This document shows positions 19,101 through 27,418 of a stretch of DNA of 59,919 nt, piece by piece (the stretch's first letter is position 1; each line of letters opens with the position of its first letter). The stretch spans positions 1-59,919 of the forward strand of contig CAZWTX010000013.1 in assembly GCA_964637135.1 (NCBI GenBank). Reading direction: 5' to 3'. Position numbers and translations under genes: made by a program. Origin of the DNA: an uncultured Methanospirillum sp. (lineage in GTDB: Archaea > Halobacteriota > Methanomicrobia > Methanomicrobiales > Methanospirillaceae). Under the pieces are notes generated by a model. The model had not been told where the DNA came from and did no database searches. It saw only the letters and a program-made list of their open reading frames with translations.

Positions 19101-19996
19101 GGCCACGGCATCTCCCCTTCGGGGTGATGGGCCTTGATGGAAACTTCTATCTCATCGGGGGACGCGGAACCCTCGCAAACGGATCTCTTGGAACTCTGTC
19201 TGAATGTGAACGCCTCCATGTCTTTGATCCGGTCATCTCCCCGGTGACCAACATGACGAACACCTCATATGCCACAGATCGCATCACCTGGACCTGGAAT
19301 GAGCCGGGGGATCGGGTCTATGGATCCGTTATGGTTTCCTTGAACGGGATCTTCCAGGGAAACCTGACGAAGGGATCGTCGGCATTCACGGCAACCGGCC
19401 TTGCACCGGGGACCTCGTACACCCTCTCCACCCGGACAGTCGATCTCTTCGGGACACCTGATGATGCCTGGGCCAACCATACCGCGATGACCGCCCCGAC
19501 TCCGCTGGTATATACCCTGAACTCGTCCTCGGATCCATTCGGGTACATCAGGCCGGAAGGGATGGTCACGAAATCGGCAGGGTCAGACCAGACGTATGAC
19601 ATCCGGTCCCTTCCGGGAGCGGAGATAGCCCGGCTCACCGACAATGATACACCGGTACCCGTCCCGGCCGGGGCTGTTTCATACACGTATCCGCTGACCG
19701 GTATCGCTGACAACCACACCGTCACCGTCACGAACGACGCCAAAGAGGGCGTGATCCTCGCGGCATTCACCGCGAACACAACATCCGGTCAGGCCCCGCT
19801 GACGGTGTTCTTTAATGATACCTCTGCCGGCGGACCTGACCAGTGGTACTGGACGTTTGGGGACGGAACATCTTCGATGGACCGGAACGTAACCCATACG
19901 TACCAGGCTCCTGGCGTCTACGATGTCAGCCTCTGGATCAGGAACAGCCAGGCCACCGGGAGTATTGAGAAACCCGGGCTGATCACGGTCACGTGA
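16196..19996 (+). CDS. Secreted S8-family pseudoprotease (entire triad absent), same domain architecture as 8380
   Basis: IIGTG (D to G210), DGTR (H to D250), WSTQD (N to D345), GTGDQAAF (S to G545). Confidence 0.88.
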   Translation: MQNRVFFLLTVGVLLFGSIVPGGAGELSVPDPVPDLIQAPVSPDAGVQGIEPDDSGSLAETNRILVRFRISSDTGGSAVTASEEIISATNTMIGATVVHAFSPEFLPGLQIVEIPAGENVDDAIARYRMSPYVEYAEPDQVISVEQPSLTSIHAPSESVTQTVPDDPLFPEQWALDNTGQSGGTPGADIDATGAWNITNESTGVIIGIIGTGVDYTHPDLSENIWTDPITGEHGYDLFLNIPDPMDEQGDGTRTAGIIAAAGNNGIGIAGTTWKAEIMPIKATDQWGSIQYSSIIQGIEYASLHQADILVLPKNPSLSVKYICTNEAFYEAISHFSGLVVWSTQDLKDDLNQMTNNANPILFTSPNLILVTASDNQDHKVDLSAYGNRCVHLAAPGKNIITTAIAGRENIFSDDFSTAANWTMDPAWTISDGLKANATGNCTLKAPLNLTGIEHPELTFQVLSSLTTGVLYLEGSVDGTTWSPIEQILPSPDTGWYTSRSSMQEFSGERTVYFRFRHVASGPDDQVFVDDVTLNALSDVYSAGTGDQAAFVAGTASLVKKMHPDYSAVQIRSAVMNTVDHIPGLDLYCRSGGRLNASAAVRFQTRPYDATGGMSVIPKAHGGTEVRVTIRMINAGTSDWTNGAGVSLKPENEIARIMGPAVIPLPGNQTVRPGEGCTFEIPVTVPAAFGTYWPEWRMYRENIPFGESYYVKIESTTWETIAPLPETQYYQAVIADGAYIYSISGSNGSTSTDYTDHTWRYDIRNNTWSACSPLPEPLVSSDGQAITGKLYIAGGFGINGRTNRTYVYDPAGDSWTAIPAGAGTPAVYAYRTGVIGDRLYRIGGSSQDAYLNSFVWALNTTTNTWSPAEPMHEGRTFFASSSGDGKIIVAGTSNTTELFDGKNWSYLQDIPGTKEWIQTTGGSAPDGSLWMAGGYLYGPDDKNLGSDYTGTYNRSTGEWRLTPALPKMTRPRHLPFGVMGLDGNFYLIGGRGTLANGSLGTLSECERLHVFDPVISPVTNMTNTSYATDRITWTWNEPGDRVYGSVMVSLNGIFQGNLTKGSSAFTATGLAPGTSYTLSTRTVDLFGTPDDAWANHTAMTAPTPLVYTLNSSSDPFGYIRPEGMVTKSAGSDQTYDIRSLPGAEIARLTDNDTPVPVPAGAVSYTYPLTGIADNHTVTVTNDAKEGVILAAFTANTTSGQAPLTVFFNDTSAGGPDQWYWTFGDGTSSMDRNVTHTYQAPGVYDVSLWIRNSQATGSIEKPGLITVT
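19511..19996 (+). repeat. 486-nt C-terminal module, copy 4 of 4
   Basis: Direct repeat of 7793-8278. Confidence 0.95.
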
Positions 19997-20011
19997 CCTC
20001 CTCCTTTTTTT
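19997..20011 (+). terminator. Oligo-T archaeal terminator after the protease array
   Basis: CCTCCTCCTTTTTTT immediately after the stop codon. Confidence 0.55.
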
Positions 20012-20065
20012 GGAAACCGGCGAATGAGAGATACTCATCCCGGTTCAACATGGTATTGAAGACCC

Positions 20066-20956
20066 ATGAAGATCCCGTTTTTCATCGTCGATGTCTTTGC
20101 CGGGAAGCGGTTCGCCGGAAACCAGCTTGCAGTCTTTCCGGATGCATCATCACTCTCCGCTGAACAGATGCAGGATATCGCCCGGGAGATGCACTTCTCG
20201 GAGACGACCTTTATCGATCCGGTGCCGGTTGCACTGGGGAAATATGCGGTCCGGATCTTCACGCCTGAACACGAGGTTCCCTTCGCCGGACATCCGGTAC
20301 TCGGAACGGCGTTCATTATCAGGGAGGAACTCATGGAGCAGCCGGAGAACGATATTGTGCTCTCCCTCTCCATCGGAGACATCCCGGTCACGTGGACACC
20401 GGGTATCGGAACCCCGCCGGTTCTCTGGATGAAACAGAACGAGCCGGCCTTTCTCGGAACCGTGGATCAGGGAATTGTTGCTGAGACGATCTCTCTTCCA
20501 ACTGATGCCATAGATACCCGGTATCCGGTGGAGGAGGTCTCTACCGGGCTGCCGTTCATCCTGGTCCCGGTCAGAACCCTGGCAGCAGTGAAGGCAGTCC
20601 GGATTAATACAGCCGCATACGAGGCCTTGATTCAAACTACAACCGCAAAGGCAGTTCATTGTTTCTGCCCGGAGACCAGAGAGAGCGGACATACCATTCA
20701 CGCCCGGATGTTCGGACCGTATTACGGGGTTACCGAAGACCCGGCTACCGGAAGTGCCAGCGGCTGCCTGGCCGGGTATATCGCGAAGAACCAGTACCTT
20801 ACACCCCTGCCAGAGGAGATCGTGATCGAACAGGGTTATGAGATCAACCGGCCATCGATCATCCGTTGCCGGGCATCCGGATCATCCGGGACGATCATGG
20901 TCGAAGTCGGGGGATCGGTGATCCTCATGGCACGGGGAGAGATGAATATCTCATAA
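20066..20956 (+). CDS. PhzF-family isomerase/epimerase
   Basis: VDVF...GNQLAV, SETTF, RIFTP.HEVPFAGHP, EDPATGSA, EQG. Confidence 0.93.
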   Translation: MKIPFFIVDVFAGKRFAGNQLAVFPDASSLSAEQMQDIAREMHFSETTFIDPVPVALGKYAVRIFTPEHEVPFAGHPVLGTAFIIREELMEQPENDIVLSLSIGDIPVTWTPGIGTPPVLWMKQNEPAFLGTVDQGIVAETISLPTDAIDTRYPVEEVSTGLPFILVPVRTLAAVKAVRINTAAYEALIQTTTAKAVHCFCPETRESGHTIHARMFGPYYGVTEDPATGSASGCLAGYIAKNQYLTPLPEEIVIEQGYEINRPSIIRCRASGSSGTIMVEVGGSVILMARGEMNIS

Positions 20957-21073
20957 CATCTCACCACAAAGAGTATCCATCAGGACTGTCAGGAGTGAGC
21001 CGGAAAAACCCGGGATTATGCTGGTATGTCAGATCCGATAGAAGATATATAGCTCACGTGAAAATACTCATCC

Positions 21074-21493
21074 ATGGATGAGGAACGCAGGCTTCGATAC
21101 CAGGGCAAGATCCACTGGATTCGTGGACGGGCCACCCTCATCTCGACCTGGACAGAAGGTGTTGAACTCAGGGAGATCGGAGAGGACCAAAAAACAACCC
21201 TCGCAATTTTCAAGGCATTTCAGGAGATCACCGAAGGCTGTATGGATCTCATCGCCATGTACCTCCGGGATCACCAGATCCCCTCCAGGGATGATTATTC
21301 AAATATCGAGCTGATCACAGGATTTTCTTCCGGACAGAAACAACTCCTTCGGGAGATGAACGGTCTTCGGAACCGGATTATTCACCGGTATAACGGAACA
21401 GATGAACGTCTTGCACTGGAAGGGATTATCCGATCGCTGCCAGAAATCCGGTCAATTATTCGGGAAGAAGAGAAATGGATCCTGAACGATTAA
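21074..21493 (+). CDS. hepT: HEPN (DUF86/HepT-like) RNase toxin
   Basis: RNRIIHRY = Rx4H HEPN motif followed by Tyr. Confidence 0.88.
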   Translation: MDEERRLRYQGKIHWIRGRATLISTWTEGVELREIGEDQKTTLAIFKAFQEITEGCMDLIAMYLRDHQIPSRDDYSNIELITGFSSGQKQLLREMNGLRNRIIHRYNGTDERLALEGIIRSLPEIRSIIREEEKWILND

Positions 21494-21852
21494 AATCTCT
21501 TATCCTCCAGGATCTTGCTGAAATCCTCAAAGAATGTGCAGGAGTATACCTCTATGGGTCGTATGCCTGGGGCCTGGCTGATGACCGGAGCGATATCGAT
21601 ATCTGTCTCGTGGCTGGAGAAAACCGGGATCCTGCTTCCCTCCAGTCTCTTGCATGGCGTCAGGTGAAGTCAGGAGCATATGACATCAGAATATTTGAAC
21701 ATCTCCCGTTGCATCTCCAGATCCGTATCATGGCCGGAGGTATTCTTCTCTATGCTCCAGACCCACCTGCCCTCGCCGAGTACCTCTATCCCTGGTGGAA
21801 ACAGTGGGATGACCAGCGGTGGTACCAGTCCCCTATTCCGGGTGCTCCGTAG
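21475..21852 (+). CDS. mntA: Minimal nucleotidyltransferase antitoxin (MNT)
   Basis: LYGSYAWG...SDIDI (GSx10DxD); overlaps the HEPN gene by 19 nt. Confidence 0.88.
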   Translation: MDPERLKSLILQDLAEILKECAGVYLYGSYAWGLADDRSDIDICLVAGENRDPASLQSLAWRQVKSGAYDIRIFEHLPLHLQIRIMAGGILLYAPDPPALAEYLYPWWKQWDDQRWYQSPIPGAP

Positions 21853-21989
21853 CCATTTTTAAAAAAGATCGGGCTGAGTGCCAGGGACGAAATATTCATT
21901 GTCAGACTGAATAGCCGGTTCCCAATCTCAAATGGGATCATATATCACCCCGGAGGCCCTGGTATCTCTCAATCAGGGAACAGATAACC

Positions 21990-23315
21990 ATGACGCGGGC
22001 AGCAGCGGTACTCACCATCACACTTCTTTTCCTCACCATATCCACCGTATCAGCAGGACCCGGGCCTGACATCGCGTGGGAGCGGTGCATGGGGGGGAGC
22101 AATGTGGATCTCCCGGCCTCAGAACTGCTCCAGACGAGCGATGACGGTTTTTTCATCGCTGGTAAGACCTCGTCAGAAAACGGGGACGTCCTCGGAAATC
22201 ATGGCGGGGATGACGTCTGGGTCGTCAAGCTTGACCGGAACGGCCATCCCGAGTGGCAGAAATGTTTCGGGGGACCAGGAGCCGACGAGGCTCATAGTGC
22301 CGTGCAGACACCGGACGGCGGGTACATCGTCGCGGGAGTGACAGAATCACATTCCGGTGATGTATTCGGCAACCACGGAAGTGCCGATGCCTGGGTCGTG
22401 AAGATCACCTCTTCCGGGAGTATCGAATGGAAACGGTGCTACGGAGGGAGCAGGTGGGACGGTGCCCACGATATCATTCAGACTGCTGATAACGGATACC
22501 TTGTAGCCGGAGAAACCATGTCAGATGACGGGGACGTCACCGGAAACCACGGTATGAGGGATATCTGGATGATCAAACTCACCTCCTCGGGAAACATCGA
22601 CTGGCAGAGATGCCTCGGGGGAAGCGACGATGACGGCTCATTCAGTACCACTGCCATCCAGACACCGGACGGGGGATACCTCGTTGCCGGGGAGACCGGA
22701 TCCGTAAACGGCGACATCTCCGGAAACCATGGAAGCCATGACATCTGGATCGTGAAACTGACCTCTTCAGGCAGCGTTGCCTGGCAGAGATGCTTCGGCG
22801 GTTCAGAATGGGACGGAACGTGGAATGGCTGCCTGATCCTGATGCCCGACGGGGGATACCTCGTCGCCGGGGAGACGACATCGGGTGACGGGGATGTGCA
22901 TGATGTCCATGGCGGTAAGGACATCTGGGTGATCAGGCTCACCTCCTCGGGAAATATCAACTGGCAGAAGACACTCGGCGGATCTGCAGATGAGCAGGTC
23001 TCCTCGGTTGCCGACCTCGGAAAAGACGGATTTTTCCTCACGGGCATGACCCGGTCAGATGACGGGGACGTCTCCAAAAACCACGGACTGGCCGATCTCT
23101 GGGTAGTACGCCTCGGTCGCGACGGGGGTATCATCTGGCAGAAATGCCTCGGGGGGAGCGATGACGACGGGGCATACAGTACCGGCGGCATCCCGGTAGA
23201 TGACCGGGATTTCCTTGTTTCCGGGGATTCGTGGTCAGATGACGGGGATGTCTCAGGAAATCACGGCATGGCTGATCTCTGGGTGATCCGGACTGACGAG
23301 AAATTCACCGCCTGA
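21990..23315 (+). CDS. Secreted protein made of seven ~60-aa repeats (probable beta-propeller)
   Basis: Signal peptide; seven units of W.+C.GGS..D...TPDGGY.VAG.T.S.DGDV.GNHG..D.W..KL...G. Confidence 0.85.
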   Translation: MTRAAAVLTITLLFLTISTVSAGPGPDIAWERCMGGSNVDLPASELLQTSDDGFFIAGKTSSENGDVLGNHGGDDVWVVKLDRNGHPEWQKCFGGPGADEAHSAVQTPDGGYIVAGVTESHSGDVFGNHGSADAWVVKITSSGSIEWKRCYGGSRWDGAHDIIQTADNGYLVAGETMSDDGDVTGNHGMRDIWMIKLTSSGNIDWQRCLGGSDDDGSFSTTAIQTPDGGYLVAGETGSVNGDISGNHGSHDIWIVKLTSSGSVAWQRCFGGSEWDGTWNGCLILMPDGGYLVAGETTSGDGDVHDVHGGKDIWVIRLTSSGNINWQKTLGGSADEQVSSVADLGKDGFFLTGMTRSDDGDVSKNHGLADLWVVRLGRDGGIIWQKCLGGSDDDGAYSTGGIPVDDRDFLVSGDSWSDDGDVSGNHGMADLWVIRTDEKFTA

Positions 23316-23397
23316 ACGATCCCCGAAGCCCTCCCGGGGTGACGGGGGAGATAGCGTGTGAAGTAAAAAAAAGCCAGGAGAGGCCCCTCCGGTTCGT

Positions 23398-24399
23398 TCA
23401 AGGGGCGATATTCTTCCAGAAGGAGGTGTCAAACAGGTCAGATTCAAAGACCGGCTTCTTCAGGTACCCGAGTTCAGTCTGCTGCTCTGCAAATGCATCC
23501 ACCGATGCAATGATGGCGGTCGGATCGACCTCGAACGAGCCGTCCCATTCATCAAGAGACATGATGATGATATCGGTCTCAAGCCCGGTCAATTCCTTCA
23601 TGTATCCGGCAGCTTCCTCACTGTTATCCTGGTTATACCCGGTCGCCTTCTGATGGATCTTCAGAACTGCCTCGACGATATCCGGATGATTCCTGATCAT
23701 ATCACCGCTCGCGACGAGGACACAGCAGGAGTGACCGGCTTCCATCTCACCGGAATGCACAATAACTCTCCCTGCTCCCTCCTTCTCAACAGTCACCGGT
23801 GATGGATGCGGCAGGAAGACAGCATCCACCTTTCCGGCAAGGATGGCCGTGGTTGCGTCTCCCGGACCCATGGCGACAATCTCAACATCGGTATCAGGGT
23901 TCAGATCGTTCTTCTTCAGCCATTCGCGAAGGATAGTATCCTGGATCGTACCAGCCGGAAAGGTTGCAATCTTGAGACCGTTTAGATCGGCAGGTTTCTC
24001 GTACGGGATATCATTCGCCAGAACCAGGTCAGAACCCTGGATATTTGCGGATGCAATGATCTTTGCATCAAGCCCGGTTGAGACCGCAGTTACAAACGGA
24101 GCCGAACCAACATAGGCAAAGTCGAGATCCCCGGCGAGCATCGCCTGCATCTCAGGAGCCCCGGTCGGGAAACTGAACGATTTCACCCCGGAGATCCCCA
24201 AGGGAGAGAGGCTTTCATTATACCAGTCTTTCTGGTTCGCAGTCATGAACGCCATCTGATGGGTACTCGGCTGGTACCCGATCGAGATAGAGGTTGTCTT
24301 CTCCTCTTCGGCAAAAACCGGAGAGATCCCGCTGAGCAGCATCATGGTGCCGACCAGCAGGATGATCATGCCAGAGATACGGTTTGTATGCATATACAT
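23398..24399 (-). CDS. SsuA/NMT1-family ABC substrate-binding protein
   Basis: Signal peptide; IGYQPSTHQ, FPTGAPEMQAMLAGDLD.AYVG, HSCCVL. Confidence 0.88.
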   Translation of the reverse strand: MYMHTNRISGMIILLVGTMMLLSGISPVFAEEEKTTSISIGYQPSTHQMAFMTANQKDWYNESLSPLGISGVKSFSFPTGAPEMQAMLAGDLDFAYVGSAPFVTAVSTGLDAKIIASANIQGSDLVLANDIPYEKPADLNGLKIATFPAGTIQDTILREWLKKNDLNPDTDVEIVAMGPGDATTAILAGKVDAVFLPHPSPVTVEKEGAGRVIVHSGEMEAGHSCCVLVASGDMIRNHPDIVEAVLKIHQKATGYNQDNSEEAAGYMKELTGLETDIIIMSLDEWDGSFEVDPTAIIASVDAFAEQQTELGYLKKPVFESDLFDTSFWKNIAP

Positions 24400-24664
24400 C
24401 TCCACTCCGTTGTAGGAAGAGACCGGGGATAAAATATCCCCATCCGGCAACATTTATAGACTCATAGGGTTATTTGTATGAAAATTTTAGCCTTTTAAGG
24501 GATATTTTGTCCGGAATAAAGATCTCAATCCGGCAATACCTGCCGTCTTCAGAGGTATGAGATGTACCAGGAAACCATCGTTTCCGTATGAACCGGAATA
24601 TGTCCCGTCAGGGTACAGATACAGACAATCGAACCAGTATCAGGGATCACGGGGACGATGAAAT

Positions 24665-25477
24665 ATGAGCCAGGGAACAGAACCGGCATTCACCATTGTG
24701 AATGGGCCTTCCTCTCCTGGCCACTACACTGAACCGGGGAGCGCTTCCTCTCTCTCCCCTGACGAACAGGAACGGTACCTCCGCCAGCTCCTCATCTTTG
24801 GAGAGGCCGGACAGCAAAAACTGAAGAATGCATCCATATTCATCGCGGGAACCGGTGGTCTCGGTTCACCGGTTGCGTACTACCTTGCTGCGGCCGGGGT
24901 GGGACATCTGACAATCGTTGATCACGACGAGGTCGCCCTCTCCAACATGAACCGGCAGATTCTCCATTTTACCACTGATATCGGACGCAAGAAGATCGAT
25001 TCTGCAACGCAGAAACTCAGGGCATTAAATCCGGAGATCGAGGTGACCGGGCACGCGGTACAGATAACCCCTGAGAACATCGAAATGCTTGCTGCCGGGG
25101 CTGACCTCATTATTGATGCGGTTGATAACTATGAGGCACGGTATATCCTCAACGCCTATGCAGTCAGGGCCGGCATACCCTTCTTCCATGGAGCAGTCAG
25201 GGGAATCTCCGGGCAGATGCTGATCGTCATCCCGGGAGAGACTCCATGCCTGCGGTGTCTTATCGGGGATTGCCTGGTTAACGGACCAGTCCCGGTCCTC
25301 GGAATAGCACCGGGGATTATCGGATTGATGCAGGCAAACGAGGCTGTCAAATACCTGACCGGTACAGGAACGGTAGCAGCAGGACAACTTCACCTCTGGG
25401 ATGGGGAACGGACCGTCCTTGAGTCATTCACCGTGAAAAAAGATCATACCTGCCCGGTCTGCAAAAACCGGGGATGA
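24665..25477 (+). CDS. moeB: MoeB/ThiF/HesA (E1-like) sulfur-carrier adenylyltransferase
   Basis: RY.RQ, G.GGLG, D.V..SN.NRQ, PC.RC, CPVC. Confidence 0.92.
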   Translation: MSQGTEPAFTIVNGPSSPGHYTEPGSASSLSPDEQERYLRQLLIFGEAGQQKLKNASIFIAGTGGLGSPVAYYLAAAGVGHLTIVDHDEVALSNMNRQILHFTTDIGRKKIDSATQKLRALNPEIEVTGHAVQITPENIEMLAAGADLIIDAVDNYEARYILNAYAVRAGIPFFHGAVRGISGQMLIVIPGETPCLRCLIGDCLVNGPVPVLGIAPGIIGLMQANEAVKYLTGTGTVAAGQLHLWDGERTVLESFTVKKDHTCPVCKNRG

Positions 25478-25482
25478 GAACC

Positions 25483-25758
25483 ATGAATGTGAATTACACA
25501 ACATATGCACGATTTGCAGAGGTCTTTGGGAAAGACGGAAATCTTACCCTGGAAGATACCACAACCCTTGGGGAAGCTCTCCAGACCCTCTGTGGAACAG
25601 ACCAGACAAAACGGGGAATGCTCTTTGATGCGGATGGTTCTGTAAGAAAATATGTTATCCTGATGGTGAACCGCGAACGGATCACTGCTGATGAGCTAGA
25701 CCTGGCTCTCCATGACGGCGATGAGATCGTTCTCTACCCGCCGGTCTCAGGAGGATAG
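25483..25758 (+). CDS. moaD: MoaD/SAMP ubiquitin-like sulfur carrier
   Basis: C-terminal PPVSGG; size fits a beta-grasp fold. Confidence 0.9.
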   Translation: MNVNYTTYARFAEVFGKDGNLTLEDTTTLGEALQTLCGTDQTKRGMLFDADGSVRKYVILMVNRERITADELDLALHDGDEIVLYPPVSGG

Positions 25759-26175
25759 ATGATCAGGATCCAGAAAGAACCTATCGGAAATTCAGACATT
25801 ACGGCGTTTATCGCAGACATTCGTCCGGAATTCGGTGGATCAGTCCTCTTTTCCGGGTATGTCAGGGACGAGGGGATGGACCACCTCGTCTTTGAGGCTG
25901 ATATCGTCGAGGCAGAGAAAGAACTCGCCAGGATCGTTGCCGAGGCTGAAACGGCACACGGACCGCTCGCAGTCAGGATCATCCACCGGTACGGCGAGAT
26001 GCATATCGGGGAGATGATCGTGCTGATCTCGGTCGCCGCCGGACATCGCGATGCAGCATATGCCGCATCCCGATACATCATCGATGAACTCAAGGTCAGG
26101 GTTCCGATCTGGAAAGCAGATGTATTTGGCGATTCAGTCTCCTGGATCCCGGGTGAGAAAGAGCATTCATCGTGA
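25759..26175 (+). CDS. moaE: Molybdopterin synthase catalytic subunit
   Basis: GG.V.F.G.VR, HR.G...GE, HR..AY, IDELK..VPIWK. Confidence 0.92.
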   Translation: MIRIQKEPIGNSDITAFIADIRPEFGGSVLFSGYVRDEGMDHLVFEADIVEAEKELARIVAEAETAHGPLAVRIIHRYGEMHIGEMIVLISVAAGHRDAAYAASRYIIDELKVRVPIWKADVFGDSVSWIPGEKEHSS

Positions 26176-26293
26176 GTCAGAGGATCATACCAGGATCTCT
26201 ATGGCCCGGAGCAGAATATCTCTTCCAGGCATCCGTGCGGCTGGTTGATAACAGCCGGGCCTTCAGACTCCCCGGCATCTGCCCGGAGAGGGC

Positions 26294-26722
26294 ATGATCC
26301 ATACGATAACGCTGCACCGGGGATCAAAGACCTGTGCAAGCGGGAATATCATCAGGGAATGCACCGTCACCCCGGCCCCCGGCGAAGACTTTGTCAGCTA
26401 CCTCAGGACCCAGGGAGAGGTGAGCATCACCCCGATCGGGGATCTCATCTTCTTTCGGATCGAATGGGGTGAGGAACTCCTGGTGAAGGGAATGATCGGG
26501 GACGAGATCGTCTATGTCTCGCATGCCCGGAAGTTCTCCGGTAATATCGAAGCATACCTGGCCGCCCTGCTGCAGGCCTTTGAGGAGAACGATCCGGCAG
26601 GTGCTGCCCGGGCATACCGGATCCTCCATGATCCCGGTACCCGGGAGGAGGCCGGGGATGTATCACTTCCTGACCGAGAAGAGCCGGGCAGAGAAGAGGA
26701 TCATGGCGAGGGCAAACCCTGA
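26294..26722 (+). CDS. Hypothetical protein
   Basis: GGAGAGG RBS; globular-looking alpha/beta sequence; 3' end overlaps the convergent permease. Confidence 0.6.
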   Translation: MIHTITLHRGSKTCASGNIIRECTVTPAPGEDFVSYLRTQGEVSITPIGDLIFFRIEWGEELLVKGMIGDEIVYVSHARKFSGNIEAYLAALLQAFEENDPAGAARAYRILHDPGTREEAGDVSLPDREEPGREEDHGEGKP

Positions 26723-27418
26723 TACCACGAGGAGATCGATCTCCAGGGGAACCCGCCCCTCGTTCAGGATCACGTGACGCATTGCATCGATCCCATAGGT
26801 AAGCGGATTGACGGCACTGATCACCTGTAGCCATCCGGGTGCATTCGTCAGTGGCCAGAGCGCCCCGCTTAAAAAGAACGTGGGCATGATGATGAAACTC
26901 ATGACCCCCTGGAATCCCTCGAAACTCTCCATAAGCGAGGCGAACGAGAGCCCGAATCCGTTATACCCGAGTGATATGAGGAACATCAGCGGGATCAGGA
27001 GGAAGACCTGAACCGGGGTAATCGTGACACCGACGACAAAGGAGAGAAGGAGGATGATCACCCCCTCAAGGATCGCGGTCGTTGCCCCGCCGAAGGCCTT
27101 TCCGAGCACAATCGAGATCCGTGATACCGGAGCAACCAGGATCTCTTTCAGGAACCCGAAATCCCGGTCCCACATAACCGAAATCCCGGACCGCATCGAG
27201 GTGAAAAGGAGTGTCATTCCTACGATCCCGGGGAATATAAACGCAGAATAACCAGTTCCAATCGTACCCATGCGGATGTTGATCCCCATTCCCCCGCCGA
27301 AGACAAAGAGCCAGAGCACCGGCGTCATCATCGAACTGATAATGCCAGTCCGTTCCCGGGAGAACTTGGTCAGTTCCCGTAGCCATATCGTATATACCGC
27401 TTTTATCTCCTTGTTCAT
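26663..27418 (-). CDS. ABC-2 (DrrB-type) exporter permease
   Basis: Six TM helices; FPGIVGM, DRDFGFLKEILVAP, NPLTY. Confidence 0.92.
   Translation of the reverse strand: MNKEIKAVYTIWLRELTKFSRERTGIISSMMTPVLWLFVFGGGMGINIRMGTIGTGYSAFIFPGIVGMTLLFTSMRSGISVMWDRDFGFLKEILVAPVSRISIVLGKAFGGATTAILEGVIILLLSFVVGVTITPVQVFLLIPLMFLISLGYNGFGLSFASLMESFEGFQGVMSFIIMPTFFLSGALWPLTNAPGWLQVISAVNPLTYGIDAMRHVILNEGRVPLEIDLLVVSGFALAMILFSARLFSVRK

Noticed and set aside
7793..19996. Diversity-generating retroelement (TR/VR) explanation for the repeated gene tails
   Set aside because: All copies are in-frame coding, the differences I inspected are largely synonymous and not adenine-specific, and there is no reverse transcriptase in the window
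12267..19996. Calling protease genes 3 and 4 pseudogenes
   Set aside because: No stops or frameshifts over 3.8 kb each; signal peptides, RBS and all domains are intact
22070..23290. Periodic ~180-nt DNA repeats resembling an array
   Set aside because: Fully explained by protein repeats; degenerate at third positions, with no spacers or cas genes
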